Shown in pieces: positions 37,072 to 50,142 of a stretch of 64,000 nucleotides of DNA. The notes under the pieces are model-generated. The model was not told where the DNA came from and made no database searches. It worked only from the letters and a program-made list of their open reading frames with translations. The stretch lies in assembly GCA_047495785.1 (NCBI GenBank), contig JBLDXI010000007.1:620001-684000 (forward strand), read 5' to 3'. The stretch is from Lepidodermella squamata. Its lineage: Eukaryota > Animalia > Gastrotricha. How positions within the stretch are numbered: the stretch's first letter is position 1; each line of letters opens with the position of its first letter. The translations under genes and the position numbers were made by a program.

Positions 37072-40000
37072 TTATTCAGTTTTGTCTTCCTTTTCTGGCT
37101 CATCGCGTTTTTCCTCGCCGACTTCTTCAACGGGACGCACTTGACGGTTGTCCTGAAATACAAAAATTAACATTAATTGGGCCATCTATTATGAGTATCA
37201 AGAAAAAGAAGTCCAAGTCTGAGGTGATTTTTTTTCAGAGAAAAGATAATTCGATTCAGTATATAGGCTCGAAATTTAGAGAACTGCAACTCGACTAAAT
37301 AGCTGACAACCGCAGAGATATAAAGTTATGTCACCATTCCAAATGTAACCTGCTGCTTTGAGAATTGTTACGTATTCGCTAATTAAATGATACTTTTTTC
37401 GCGCAAATTTTTCACTCACCCGCTGTGCCTTGGCTTTCGTCTGCTCCATGCGCTTTCTTTCCTGTTCGATTGAGAAAAAGAAATCCTGCTCAGCTTTGGA
37501 GACAAGGTCTTCATCCGGGGGCCCGCCGGCCTCTTCCCCATGAGCCTGAAAAAAGAAAAAATAACAATCAACATCAATCTAACAAATTTCTTGAAAACGC
37601 AATATTACGATGCAATAAAAGTAAATTAGCCCGTGAATTTCAAGTGATTTGAAAATAATAATTTGAAATTATTTGTGGCTTGTGGCTTTGCTTTCACTGT
37701 GAACTTGCCGAGCTGAGTTCCCGATTAAACGTAATATTAGCCTCGAAACTTTTTTCGGGCATGGCAGAACCAGGATGAGGCGCTGCAGAGGTTGCAGCAG
37801 TAGGTGCTGCAGCCGACCGAGCAGCACTTACGCCGTTGAGAGACTATAAAATAGGTATCTCATATATCCCATATATCACGCGATAAATGGTAAGCGTGAA
37901 CAACACGTGACAACAACATTGATCGCTTTTCAGTGAACATTTATGCACACCATTTCAGGCTCAATTGCTCTGATTTGTGGAACAACAATGAGACGCTCTA
38001 AAGCTGATAGCTGAAAATTTGACGGCCTTCGCTCATCAACAGGCTTTGAAATACTCAACGAGCGTTCGACAACCAAAGGGGGAGCTATCGATGAAGTTCT
38101 ACGCTCACCCATGTCTGACACAATACGCTTCGAATTTAAAAAGTATCATAGCTGAACCTCAATGCTTCCAATAATGAAATATCTAAGAGAAACTTACGTC
38201 GCCACCTCCACTTTTAACGCGCTTTTTCAGCTTCATTTCACGATGTCGAGCTTCGAGCAACTTTTCGCGCTTGGTTTCGCGTTCGAACATCTGTGAAAGA
38301 ATTATTCTTGCAATAATTTTCTGACAACGAAATTTTGGAATTGTCAAAACTTACCGCAGTTACAATCTGCTTTTCATTCTTTTGAAGTTGATACAAGTTC
38401 TCCGAAAGTTCGAGAAGGGTGGTTGTGCCCTCTTTTGAGCCACAAGCAACCAGCCTGCCCTGCTCTTGCATGCGTAGACTGTGCAATGGCTCATCGCATA
38501 CCTATACAAATTCAAAATGTAGCAAGGAATTTTTTTTTCGAAAATGGGTACCTGGACACTGAGCACAGGGTCATTTTGTTTGACGATCATGTCCCAAACA
38601 TCGAGAGTGCCGTCCATCTTCGTTGTGAAAAACACGGATGGACGAGTTGGGGACCAGCAGCCGTCGGTTAGGTAAGACATGTGGTACTTTGTCCAGATAA
38701 TGCACGATTCTTTAACGTCCTCTGACCAAATCTGGAAAGATCCGAAAATGAATATGCGAACAGATTTCTAGCGCTCAACTTACCCTGACGGTCCAGTCGC
38801 CGACACTGAGGAAATTCTTCTGAATTAGAGGGCTGCGTTGAAGGGCGTAAATCGGACCATGATGACCAGAATAAACGCAGACAATTTTTTCAGCTGGGGT
38901 CTTCGCCTTGCGATTGCAAGAAATTATAGTCCCTTGTTCAGTGCCAACCATGAATTTCGTTGGCTGAAATAATTTAATGACAATCTGTAATTTTTCTGTT
39001 GATTAATAGATTACGATTGTCGGTTCATATTCCAGGCACATGGCGCCTTGAGCTTTCGTCATGTCTTGTTTTTTGGTCGGATCGAGGATCATTGATTCGA
39101 AAGGTTCGCCCATTTTACGGATATCCCACCATAAGACTTGACCATCAGTAGATGCCGAGAAAAATTCGGTACCCGTCTTGGATTGTATCCATATCGTTTT
39201 ATATGCAGGGTCGTGGTGAGAGAATTCAACCAAAGACATTTCAACAGGCTGTGATCCCTTGCGGACATCCCAGAAGGCTATTGAATACATTAGATTAATA
39301 TGGTCTGTATTTTTATTTTGAGCTTTGACTTACCGATTTGGCCGTTATATTGACCGCCCACTAAGATGTGGGCATCTTTCGGGCTGTACTCGACACATAC
39401 CAAAGGGCTGACGGGTTTTAAAGTGAATTCGGGCTTGTTAGGATTTTCTGTAAATAAAATTGGTAACGGCGAAATAGCATGAAAAAAATCAGCTTACCGA
39501 CATCCCAAACGTACGACTCGTAGCTCATATTGTCTTTCCAACCTTGAAACTCAAGGCTGCAATAAGCGACAGCGAGTTTGCGAGGGCCATCAGGAAACCA
39601 TGAAATATGTGTAGCAGTTCGCTTCACTTCGTTGGGATCTCTGAATACATTGATGGTCTTCCCGCAAGGAGGTTCGTCCGAACCCTCAGCCTCTACATCC
39701 TGGAAATATTCTTCATAGATGTTGATGGCGATGTTTTGCTTGATCCGATGTTCCATTGACTATTATGAAATAAATTAGATACTAACTAGTGGCGTATTAC
39801 AAATTACATACGCTTCCGAGGTGAGTGACAGAGCTGATGTATCCTTCATCCTTCTCCACCTTCTTTCTGAATCGGGTGACTTGATCGACTTCTGCTGGAT
39901 TAATATCTTTTGGCCAACCACCTTCGACGTGATTGACACCTCTCGTGTCAGTTTCAAACCTCTCCGTGTTAACTTCGTGCTCAGACATGTCTTGACTGCA

Positions 40001-40156
40001 CTGAACGTGACGGTCAACAGGGTTTCTTTCTATATAGTTGGCCATCAAAGATGGATCGGGAGAAATATCGACATGTAGTTCTGCAGCTCGGTCAGTAAAA
40101 TTGCATTGCCGACCGAACTCGCTCCGTTTTTTCGTATAAACGTAAACGATTTCCAT
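37072..40156 (-). CDS. DNAI2: Axonemal outer-arm dynein intermediate chain 2 (about 10 constitutive exons)
   Basis: [36 protein letters not shown] repeats ([39 protein letters not shown]), [14 protein letters not shown] and [12 protein letters not shown]. Confidence 0.97.
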
Positions 40157-40279
40157 TGCGATTAATGCCTCCTAAATTTTTGTGTAAAATTACGAACCTT
40201 GGTCAACAAATACATCAAGTCGAGAACGTTCTGGCGAATATTGTAGGTTTCTAAATTTCCACGATGCGACGTAACTATT

Positions 40280-40293
40280 GTTCCATGAGTAAC
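40280..40293. promoter_or_regulatory. Candidate RFX X-box upstream of DNAI2
   Basis: GTTCCATGAGTAAC (reverse GTTACTCATGGAAC) about 125 nt upstream of the ATG of a motile-cilia gene. It fits the GTTNCC-AT-GGNAAC consensus loosely. Confidence 0.55.
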
Positions 40294-43200
40294 AATCAAA
40301 ATGAGTAACAAGCAAAAAAGGCGCAGGTGAATTATTTTCTGGCAACTTTATTTAATAGAGAATCAGCATCGCTGAAACATCTAAGTCATCTTAAAAAATT
40401 AATCCATGGAGAATATGAAAAACTCGAAAAGCAGAAGCCTAATCAACTGATGAAGCTACAGAGATGTTGGAAAGACGTTAAGCGAATAATTCCTCTGTCA
40501 ACAGTCAGCAATCATTGGTTGATTCTCAAAGCAACCTCAAGAATGATTCAAACGAAAATAAATAGATTGTTACAAAACTTCCAGTTCCTAGCCTTTGACG
40601 CTTTCTAAAGTCATTTTCCAAACGAAAATTATTCGTCAAAAAGGCTTAAACCATTTATGAATAGCATTAACTGAGAGCAAACGTATGTGGATGTGGATAG
40701 TTGCTGATAAATAGCGGCATTGTTGATCTGAGTGCCTAAATATGGGTAACATTGTTGCACACAATCGGAGTGCTGAAACCTGCCTTATTCCTCCATCGAA
40801 TGAAGTCCGAGGAACGCCTCGCCGTTACTAATGACGCTCAAAATTTAAAATTATACGTTTCAATTGTTTATAACTTTGCTTAAATAAATTAAACATTGAA
40901 AAAAATTACTGTGTAAACAGATTGGAAGCAAGAAATTTTCAGATTTTTTTTCTGTCTGTCTTGCTCTCGTTTCCGAAAAGTTCAATCCCGAGTACGTTGA
41001 AATTGTTGTCCGTCTTAGTCTTACCCTCCTTTCCCCTTTCCCGTTTCCCGTTTCCCGTGCATGTCTCGAATTTGAGTGTTCATTCTTTCTTCAGTGTCCT
41101 CATTTTCGGAGATAGATCGCCTCCTATTTGTTATTCGCAAATGAGCCGTTAGCCGTTAGCATTCATCTGAGAACATGTCTAATTCTATTTGAAATCTGAA
41201 ATCATTAATATGCTCACGGTATTTATATTCTATCTTTAATCTTTAAACTCTCATTTATACTTTGGGACAGGCGACATTGAAGCCGGTGTGATTTGCTAAA
41301 TGTTAAAATGTATCGAAGATGACCATCGTGCTTGATATGTTGATAGATTAACGTTCGTTTACGGCAACTCGGCGTAGTAAGACGTTGGGCCCTGGGTCCA
41401 TTTTCCTATTCCTTATGTTTTAATATATGTGGGTTGTTGGTCCCTATGTGGCAATTTTTTATCAGTTTTCCCCTTCTGATATTTGATGTAGAGGATTGGC
41501 TGGTTTCTTGTTTTTCAGCACTCTTAGCCGCAACATGGCAAGGTTCCCGATGCTCTGAGGCCGGAGGTTCCATCTTTGACCTGTCACTACCTTACTGAAG
41601 CTGTTAGAGAATTTGCGCCACTACAAGCCCTAAATCTCGTATGCGTTATTCACTTCCGACTCTTAGAGAACAGCAGTATCATGGGTCATGGGAACGCTGT
41701 CACTCACCAGTCACTGAACTAAACTGTTGAGTGATCGTTCTGTAGGTTTTTTGTCGTTTTATTCACCCTCATCGTCAGCATTAGTATTTTTGTGAAAGTT
41801 TGGAGTGGGAAGAGCGGCTACGTTTGTCCTAAAGAGTTGAAATCGTAAATACATGCTGTTAATTGAATCAGAAATGCTGTTAATTGAAAACGCTGATCAG
41901 CATCTAAGGTATTTTTACCTTGAATATTAGCGAACGGCTCTTCTTACAAGTGGCGAATGCCGTATTTTTATTTTTGTTGTTGACCGTGATTGCCATTCAA
42001 CAGTGAATTTCGTATGCTCTTCGGTGTTTTGCAGCTTTTGATCCCTGTTACTAATTAGAATGTTTCTAACTCACGCCATTCTAAAAAAATCCACACGGAA
42101 TCGCGTCATAGTTTTTTTTATTGTCATGAGTTGTCCATTTTCCTCGTGGCCGTCATTTGACAAATGATTATTCCTTTCAGTGCTGTCGCAGCAAAATCGT
42201 CTTTTTCTCTACAAAATCTTCGTGATGCAAGAGCCATTTTTAGGATAAATTTAATCAATTTTCATCCCGGCAAGTGTTATTAATAGCCTTAGGAATGTCG
42301 TCTTAATACAAATTTTTGAAATCTTTTGTTAATTGATTCGGACATGCGCGGACATTCTCTAAAGCAACTTTTATCTATATTGCGAGATGCACGGAGAAAA
42401 CCGAATTATTCACTACAGTTTGAAGGCCCTAATGAAATCGTTATGCATCGATAACTGACGCATCTAAATATTTCATCCAATTAAAAAACTATTATATTTA
42501 TCTTGGATCCTCGAAATTTGGAATAAGCTTTTTGATTTGTTTCACTATATCGCGAGCGAAACGCCGCATATAACTTTTGTTATTCGTTAACTTTTGTTTC
42601 TACTTTTTCGCGCGTCAGGAAGTAACGATAGTATTTGAGGACACCAATAATCCCCTGGCGTCATTTAGAAAAATCGTATTTAATTTAGGTTTTTTCTATG
42701 ATGTTGACATCAGTTATGTTTTTAGGAAACATATCCTCAAGTATGACTAACTACATGTGTCAATAACTCTTGGCTAGTCGCAACGTCTTGCTCATTGTTA
42801 CACTTGTTTGCCGTATGCGCTTAGACGGCTACATTTTTCACGCGTGCGCCGCTGTTTCGTTAATAATTAACTGCGCGATATATGACCTTTAATATGACCT
42901 TCATTAACTACACGAATAGTTGCAATGAATAGCAAATGTGAAGCACAAGTATCTAACCTCTTGCGCGCTTTATTCTACTTATTTATCTATAAAGCATTAC
43001 TGTGAAAATGTGGGTTCACCGATTCGTATTACAACATCTGTTCCATTCTATTCGTAGTTCCATAGCTCCTCAATGCAATGCAGCTGCCGCTTTGAAATGC
43101 GTGTGCCCGATGTTCACTTGGGCAGATAGGACTTATAATTTCATTATCTGTATTGGTGGGCTACTTGTTCAATCTATTCAGTAATTCCGAGCGGCACTTG

Positions 43201-43790
43201 TGCATTTTTCTAAAAACCATCCACTTGTTATCAGTTTTATGATTTCATTTCTTCATCGGAGGAGTTTTACACTCCAAGAATGAATCAGGTTTTTTTATAG
43301 GTCGTACTTGAGTATGTACGCAGCTGGGCATAACAATAATTTTACTCAGCGTAGAGAAGAAGCAATGAGTTCATTTTTTCACTGTCTTTTCCCCATTTCG
43401 CACTCACTATTTAATGCCTCCTCCCATTTGTGTAATGGCAAGTATCGATCCGTTCGAGATGCGCGTACTCGTCTATCATTTTGTACTGTGCGTATGCTCA
43501 AACCAAGCGTAGTATCGAGGTATACATATATGCTAGCGCGTGTTACATGCAATTATTTGTTGATATTTCTGCATTTTTAGCTCTCTCTTCCTGTTGTCAT
43601 TTTTTGCGGTGGATATACAGACACGTGGCTTCTGGTGGCGCTGTGGAGTATTTATGTCCATTAACGTCGATTTTTCAACAATTGCACACGTGTCGACCTT
43701 TTTACCCTCACTAAATAGTCAATTCATATTTTTGTAGGTTGAAATATATCTTTTCTGATGTGTAAAAAAGTCGCAGCATGAAGCACTATT

Positions 43791-46700
43791 ATGGCAACTG
43801 CAACGATGGAAATGGCTAATCCATCGCCGAAACCGAGCGCGACAATAATTGGCCAAGATAAATCTCCTAACGGTCATTTGAACAATTTAAATAATTATCG
43901 CAGCCTGGGATCGTCGATTTCGTCCATGAGCTCGACGTCTTTGAATGAAACAAATAATAATTCACCTGGCTCGGGTCAGTTGAACTTGACCTCGAGCTCG
44001 GAACGCCTGTCTCTAGAATCCGTCAATGGCCAGCAACGTAAAATGGCAATGTTTAATATGCCAAATGGAACTCAAGCGCTGGCTGTGATTCCGCCTTCAG
44101 ATGACAGGCCTGGTAACACATCGGGCTTGATGCACTCGCCTAACGGGTCTGTGCATCAGGCGAAGGTCCAACCGCCTCCCCTCTCGCATCAACAGCCGCC
44201 GACGCCTCCTAACTTGCCGCATCAAATGCCTTCTTCGTTTCTAGGAGTAATGCCCGGCGGACCTCCTCCTCAATTTCACCCTCAAATGGCGTTACAGCAA
44301 CAATTTGGGGGCCCTGGATTCCCACCAGGCGCTCATATGGGTCCGTTAATGGGTATGCAGATGGGCTCGCCGCTGTTCAGGCCGCAAGTGCCACCTCAAA
44401 TGTCTATGCAACGGCCACCCGGCATGCCAGGGCATCATTTATTACTACCCGGTCAACCGCCTTTCGGGCACCTGTTAGCGGGTGGCCCCGGCGGGCTCGG
44501 CATGCAACACCGGATACCTTCGTCTGACGACGCGTGCGCATCTATCGTCCACTCGTTGATGGACCACCGGCAAGGCGGTGATTCTGAGCAGTTTACAAAA
44601 CGTGCGATAGAAAGCCTTGTTAAAAAACTACGCGAGCGGAAAGAAGAGCTAGAAGCGTTAATTTTTGGCGTGACAACCGGTGGAGCGCAACGGACGCGTT
44701 GTGTGACGATTCAACGCACGTTGGACGGGCGGCTTCAAGTCGCCGGGAAAAAAGGCTTTCCTCACGTCATTTACGCAAAAATTTGGCGGTGGCCGGACTT
44801 GCATAAAAATGAACTGCGGCACGTGTCGCAATGTCAGTTCGCCTTCGACCTGAAACTCGACTCGGTGTGCGTCAATCCGTACCATTACGAGCGGGTTGTA
44901 TCGCCATGTCCCGATCTATTACCCCTCAACCCCAATCCTGACGAAGTGAGTCAGGGAACTTACCCGGCCCATAATCGGTACGACCGATCCTCGCCTCCGG
45001 ACAGCGCTTCCCCGGAATCACCCCAAAATCAAGGTAATTTTTCACATTTTATCAAAAATATTAATTTAGAAATTCAGATTTAAATTTGCACCTAGGAATG
45101 AGTAACACGTACCGCCTCAATAAATTGGCTTTTTATAAAGATTTTTATATCGCCTGAGCACCATCCTTGAAAAGTAGTTCGTAAATCTGTGGCTCATTTT
45201 CATTTTATTCAGAATTTTAAGGGAGACGTTATTAAAATTTTAATGTGGCCAGACGTTGCGGAGAACAAGACTGTAATCGCCAAGCCTAATTTTTCGGCTT
45301 AGTAATTGACCTAAAAAAATGAATATTTATCGCTGTATAAAATAGGGCAAGATCTAGAGATATAACAGTTGTAAATCTGAAGAGCTGTGAGCTATAGCGC
45401 CAAATATGCGCATTAACTTTCTATCTTTAAAAAATGTTTTAATTAAATGTGTTTTTCTATTCCAGGAATAGCATCTCCGCCTCTAATCCATGGAAATTCG
45501 AACGCGACGCCGGGAGTCATGCCTGGTCAGTTATCCTTTATTAGCTTCGAGTTCATTAGAAACACGTTGTGTTATGTCTCCTCTCATCGAGTTGCTTAGT
45601 CTGACTAGCGCTTCCTGTTGATTGCTCTTAGCTCACGAACTATAACTTTTTGGCTGTGTTTCACTGATTGTTTGAACTTTTTGCAGGCGGTGCCTTCCCG
45701 TCTCCTTATCTCCACTCATCTTTAAATGCCGCGGCGTCTGGCGTTGTCATATCTCCCGCTCAGCAGGGTCAAGCGCCGGACGACTATCCAAGCCAAAATA
45801 CAGCGCCGAGTGCATTCTCGCAGATTCAACCTCTCATGCCTCCCGAAATGTACAAGCAAATATCCTCGGGCTTCAAAGCCAAACCACCACCGCTTGCCAC
45901 GCCGCTCGAGCTCTGGTGCACCATCAATTATTTCGAGCTCAACGTGCAGGTTGGGCAGCCTTTCAAGGTGCCGTTCGCGTGTCGCAATGTGATTGTCGAC
46001 GGTTTTACCGACCCGAACGGCATCGACCGCTTCTGCCTCGGCTGCTTATCCAACGTGCATCGAGACGAGGTGGTCGAGCGGGCGCGGCCTCACATCGGCA
46101 AGGGCGTCGAGCTGCGGCACGACGACGCGGGCGACGTGTGGCTGAAGGTGCTATCCGAACACTCCGTTTTCCTCGAGTCGCCCTACCTGGACTCGCAGTT
46201 TGGCGGACGGCAGGCGGTGCACAAAATCTACTCGTCGGCCGAGCTCAAAGTCTTCGACCTCGAGTACTGCTATCAACAGATGTACGAGCAAGCTCAACTG
46301 GTTCATCTTGCCAAGAACATGCGCCGGGCGACCGTTAAAGGCAGCGCCCCTGCTAACCAGCGATTACCGCCAGGTTTGTCTTATCTAATGATATTATTGA
46401 AACTTGAAGATTAGCTGTGATTGATTGATTGATCTCATTATCAACTTGGGCAAAATTGTGTCCCGTAGATTTATTTGAATGGGTAAAAGTTCAAAAATCC
46501 ACAAATTCTATTATTATTTCAAGTTAAAATGACACTTTGCACTCATAATGCACTGTGCCCTAGTCTTCCTTCCGATTTTCACCGTGTTGCAATTCCGCAG
46601 TGGACAATTTCTCACCGGAAATTGAACAATCGAATATTCATTTTTCAATTTTAATTTGAAAACATTACACAGTCATGATTTGTGGGCTAACGGTTAAGGT

Positions 46701-47168
46701 GGATCGATGCCCTTTGCTTATTTGTAAGATAACCAACATTTTATCGAGAAATTATGTTTTTTTCTATCCGATGAGAAGGGTAGGTTAGAGAAGATGGAAA
46801 AAATTCATTTTAAGAATAATTGAAGAATGAAAATATTTGCCATTTAATCATGCTGTTATATTTTTTTTTCAGAAATGGCTGCTGCACCGAATATTGGAGT
46901 CGATGACTATCAAAAGCATTGCGTCCTAAGAATGTCTTTCGTGAAGGGCTTTGGTCCCGACTACAACAGGAAGCGGATCGAAGATACGCCCTGTTGGATC
47001 GAGGTGAAACTGCACTGGCCGTTGAAACTGCTCGATCAGTTGCTTCAACCCCTCGACGACCCGCAGTACCAACAACAGCCGAGTCAGCCAGGCCCGGACG
47101 CGTCCCCTCAAAACTCATCGGACCTGGTCGGGCAGGCGTCGACGTCGGCCATGTTCCAAGCCCAATGA
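43791..47168 (+). CDS. SMAD4: Co-Smad (Smad4/Medea); exons 43791-45033, ~45467-45526, 45687-46373, 46873-47168
   Basis: MH1: [61 protein letters not shown]2: [36 protein letters not shown]. No C-terminal SSxS. Confidence 0.95.
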
Positions 47169-48256
47169 CATTCGATAAAGATGCTCCGAACAGAGACAGA
47201 ACTCGCCGTTGTTAATAATATTATAGTAATTGTCATTTCGATCCTCCTCGCAAATTTTCTACGAGATCATTGTCATGTCATGACTCTCGGTTATTTCGGC
47301 CTGAAGCGACTCATTCAACCGGGTCGTTAGTCTCTCAATGAAAAGTTCTATGTTTCTGTTTGTTATGCTTCTACATACTTCTCCAATTCCGCGTCGAGTT
47401 TTGTTACAGTTTCTGTTTAGCTACGCCGTGCAGCAAGACACTCTGGTATTTTCGTAAGAACATGCGTACTATTTTAAGGCGGCATTAGTGTGTATCAACT
47501 GGACGAAATTCTCATAATTTTTACAAAAAAATATTGCTTAACCTTAGTCTCTAGGTCATCAATAATAACATGTCATTATTATTATCGACGGGAAGTTGGG
47601 GTATTGTCCATATACATCGAACAATTCGTTCTAAAAAAATGATAAGTATAACAACTAACTTGTTTTATTCGTTTCTACGATGATGCGAAGACTCGGTTCT
47701 ATTCTCGCCCAAAAAAGATGGTTTTGAACGGTGGTTTCTCTTTACTGTAGCGATTGATAGCGCCGCTGGATTTTCTTTTACTAAAAATGGGAAAATTTAT
47801 TATAATTATTATTATTACTTCCCACCATATCATCTTGGTGTGTCGTTGCGGCTTTTTTATGTTACCTTCACCGTGCAACGGCTCGCCGCAAAATTGATGA
47901 TGATATATTGTTATATTGATCATAATTCAATGTGTTCTTCTTCGTCATCGTGCTCTTATTACTATTGTAATTATTCGTAGCTCGAACACTCGATGGCGGT
48001 GAGGATTGGTTGTCGCAGTTGCTAATAATATTAATTATGATGATAATTATAACGATTAATTTTCCTCAGAACTGTGGAATCAGTTCATGATACAAAGTAA
48101 TTGATACAAAAAAAAATAAAATAAAAATCAACGATGGTAAACATGCTTTTTTTATTTGACATAACAACGCGTCATAATACTGAGGAATATGAAAGAATTA
48201 AACATTGAAAGTACCAAGAACTGATAAAATTTATGTTTAATACCGAAAAAATCGGT

Positions 48257-49398
48257 TTATTTCGACTTTGCTTTTCGGCGCGATTTGAAAACCGAAACTC
48301 GGCGAGACCGTTGAGATTTCTCGCGAGCTCTTCGAAGTTGGTCGACTGTGGCCCGCATCCAACCGGGTAGCGTTGCAGTTGGCGAGGCATGCCGAACTCC
48401 ATTACTCGAGCTGGCCCTAGGCGGGCGTTTCGGAGCAGTTTTTGAGCAGCTTGATAAATGAATAGGATCATGAGCAGGGTCGTAACTCGGGACTGAGACA
48501 CCAAGTAACTGACAAGTCGTTCGAAAGACATCTTCGCAGTTTGAATTAATCACCAGAGCAGCCTGTTTATCTTTCAAAGTCGGCTGCATGTTGACGATAA
48601 CAAGTTGAGCCTTCGATTTGCCAGCTTTTTTCTGCGTCATTCCAGCCCAAAGACTTTTGTAAGATTTCAGTACTTTGAAACTAGTCCCAACCGCTAAGAT
48701 GATATCAGCATTACGCGCTGATTCGCTGGCTTCGGGCCATCGATATGGTGCACTTTCTTCATGGCGAGCGTATTCCCCGCAGTGTACTACTGAATCGTGT
48801 ATTTCGTCGTGCTCACCACAGTTCTGGCAAGGCCTTTCCTGCGCTCCAACAACTTTATGGCGTCTAAAACCGGTGCCATGCGTGGTATCGAAGTGTCGCA
48901 CGTAGGGCACGGGTGGCTCGCAGTTCATGCAAAGCTAGAAAATTTGAGAATTTTAAGGCTCTCAATGTATGAAAAAAGGTTACTCATACCTCCACAAACA
49001 TATTGCCATGAATTTCCGACAGCTTCTCGGATGGCAGTCCGCTTCGCAGGTGAAGTCCGTCGCAGTTCTGCGAAACGACATGCTGAACAATTTTAGCATC
49101 GACTAGAGCTTTAATTGCCATATGAGTGAAGGCTGGTCGGACCGAGGTGATATCCGCACATGGCGGAACTGTGCCTGAGTTTTTGAACTGCTCGTATAAA
49201 CCATCTGGACTTCGAAAATCGGGTATTGATGCGGACTAAATGCAAGCAGAATGGCTGTCAATAAATGTTGAGGTGACTGAATATGCTAATTACCGTGCTA
49301 ATGCCTGCGCCTGTGTAAACCACGCAATGTCGTGAGTTTTTGAGTAAATCAGCTAGTGTAGCACATTTTCTGTGTAATTCTGTCTCATCAGAAGACAT
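48257..49398 (-). CDS. SIRT7: NAD-dependent deacylase sirtuin 7-like (3 coding exons)
   Basis: VVYTGAGIST|SASIPDFR.PDG, HVVSQNCDGLHLRSGLP..LSEIHGNMFVE, YVRHFD.T..T...RH and GTSFKVLK.Y..LW are class IV, SIRT7-type motifs. Confidence 0.88.
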
Positions 49399-50142
49399 AT
49401 GTGAGTAGAAAATCAATAAAATTCAAACCTAATTAAATCAGACAATTTTGATGAACATATTATTTACTTTCAATTTTATAATTTACTTGTGCCACGGTCT
49501 CAAGCCGTTTCAATGGAGTCAATAAAAACAATTGTTAGGAAATGATTCGATTTTATTATAAGAGTGCCGATAGCAATTGCCAACTAAACGCTCAGAGCTG
49601 CGAATAAACATGTCACATTTGTTTCAGGTTTGTTATTACAGCACATCTTCCTCCCTCCGCAACTGCGTACCACAGTTAAAAAGTTCTGAAAAGCAATAAA
49701 TAATAATAATGAATGAAGAGATATAAGAGAGAAAGAAAACAGCACATTTAAACAAAAATTATCATTTCTCTCGTATTCTTCGCGTTCGGTCTGCGGAATC
49801 AGCACGGTCAATGCGACATTCATTTAATCATTATCATTACCTGCCTTCAAGAGCTCAAATCATCAACATGAATAACATTATCGAAATAAAGAAATAAACA
49901 CAAATGCGCTCGATCTTTATCACACAGGCTTCGCGTAGTTCGGTAATACAGAAGTAAACAACAATTTTTTTGAACACGGTTTTCGAAAACGATATTGAGT
50001 GAACTATATCGTTGATATTGTAGCAATGTATTATAACTGCTTTGAAATGTTTTTTACATATAATTTTTCTGTATAATATGGGTATTACAAATAGAGAACA
50101 ACCATGTTGTCCGGGAAAGTTAACTTCTCCGAAGCAGTCAAT

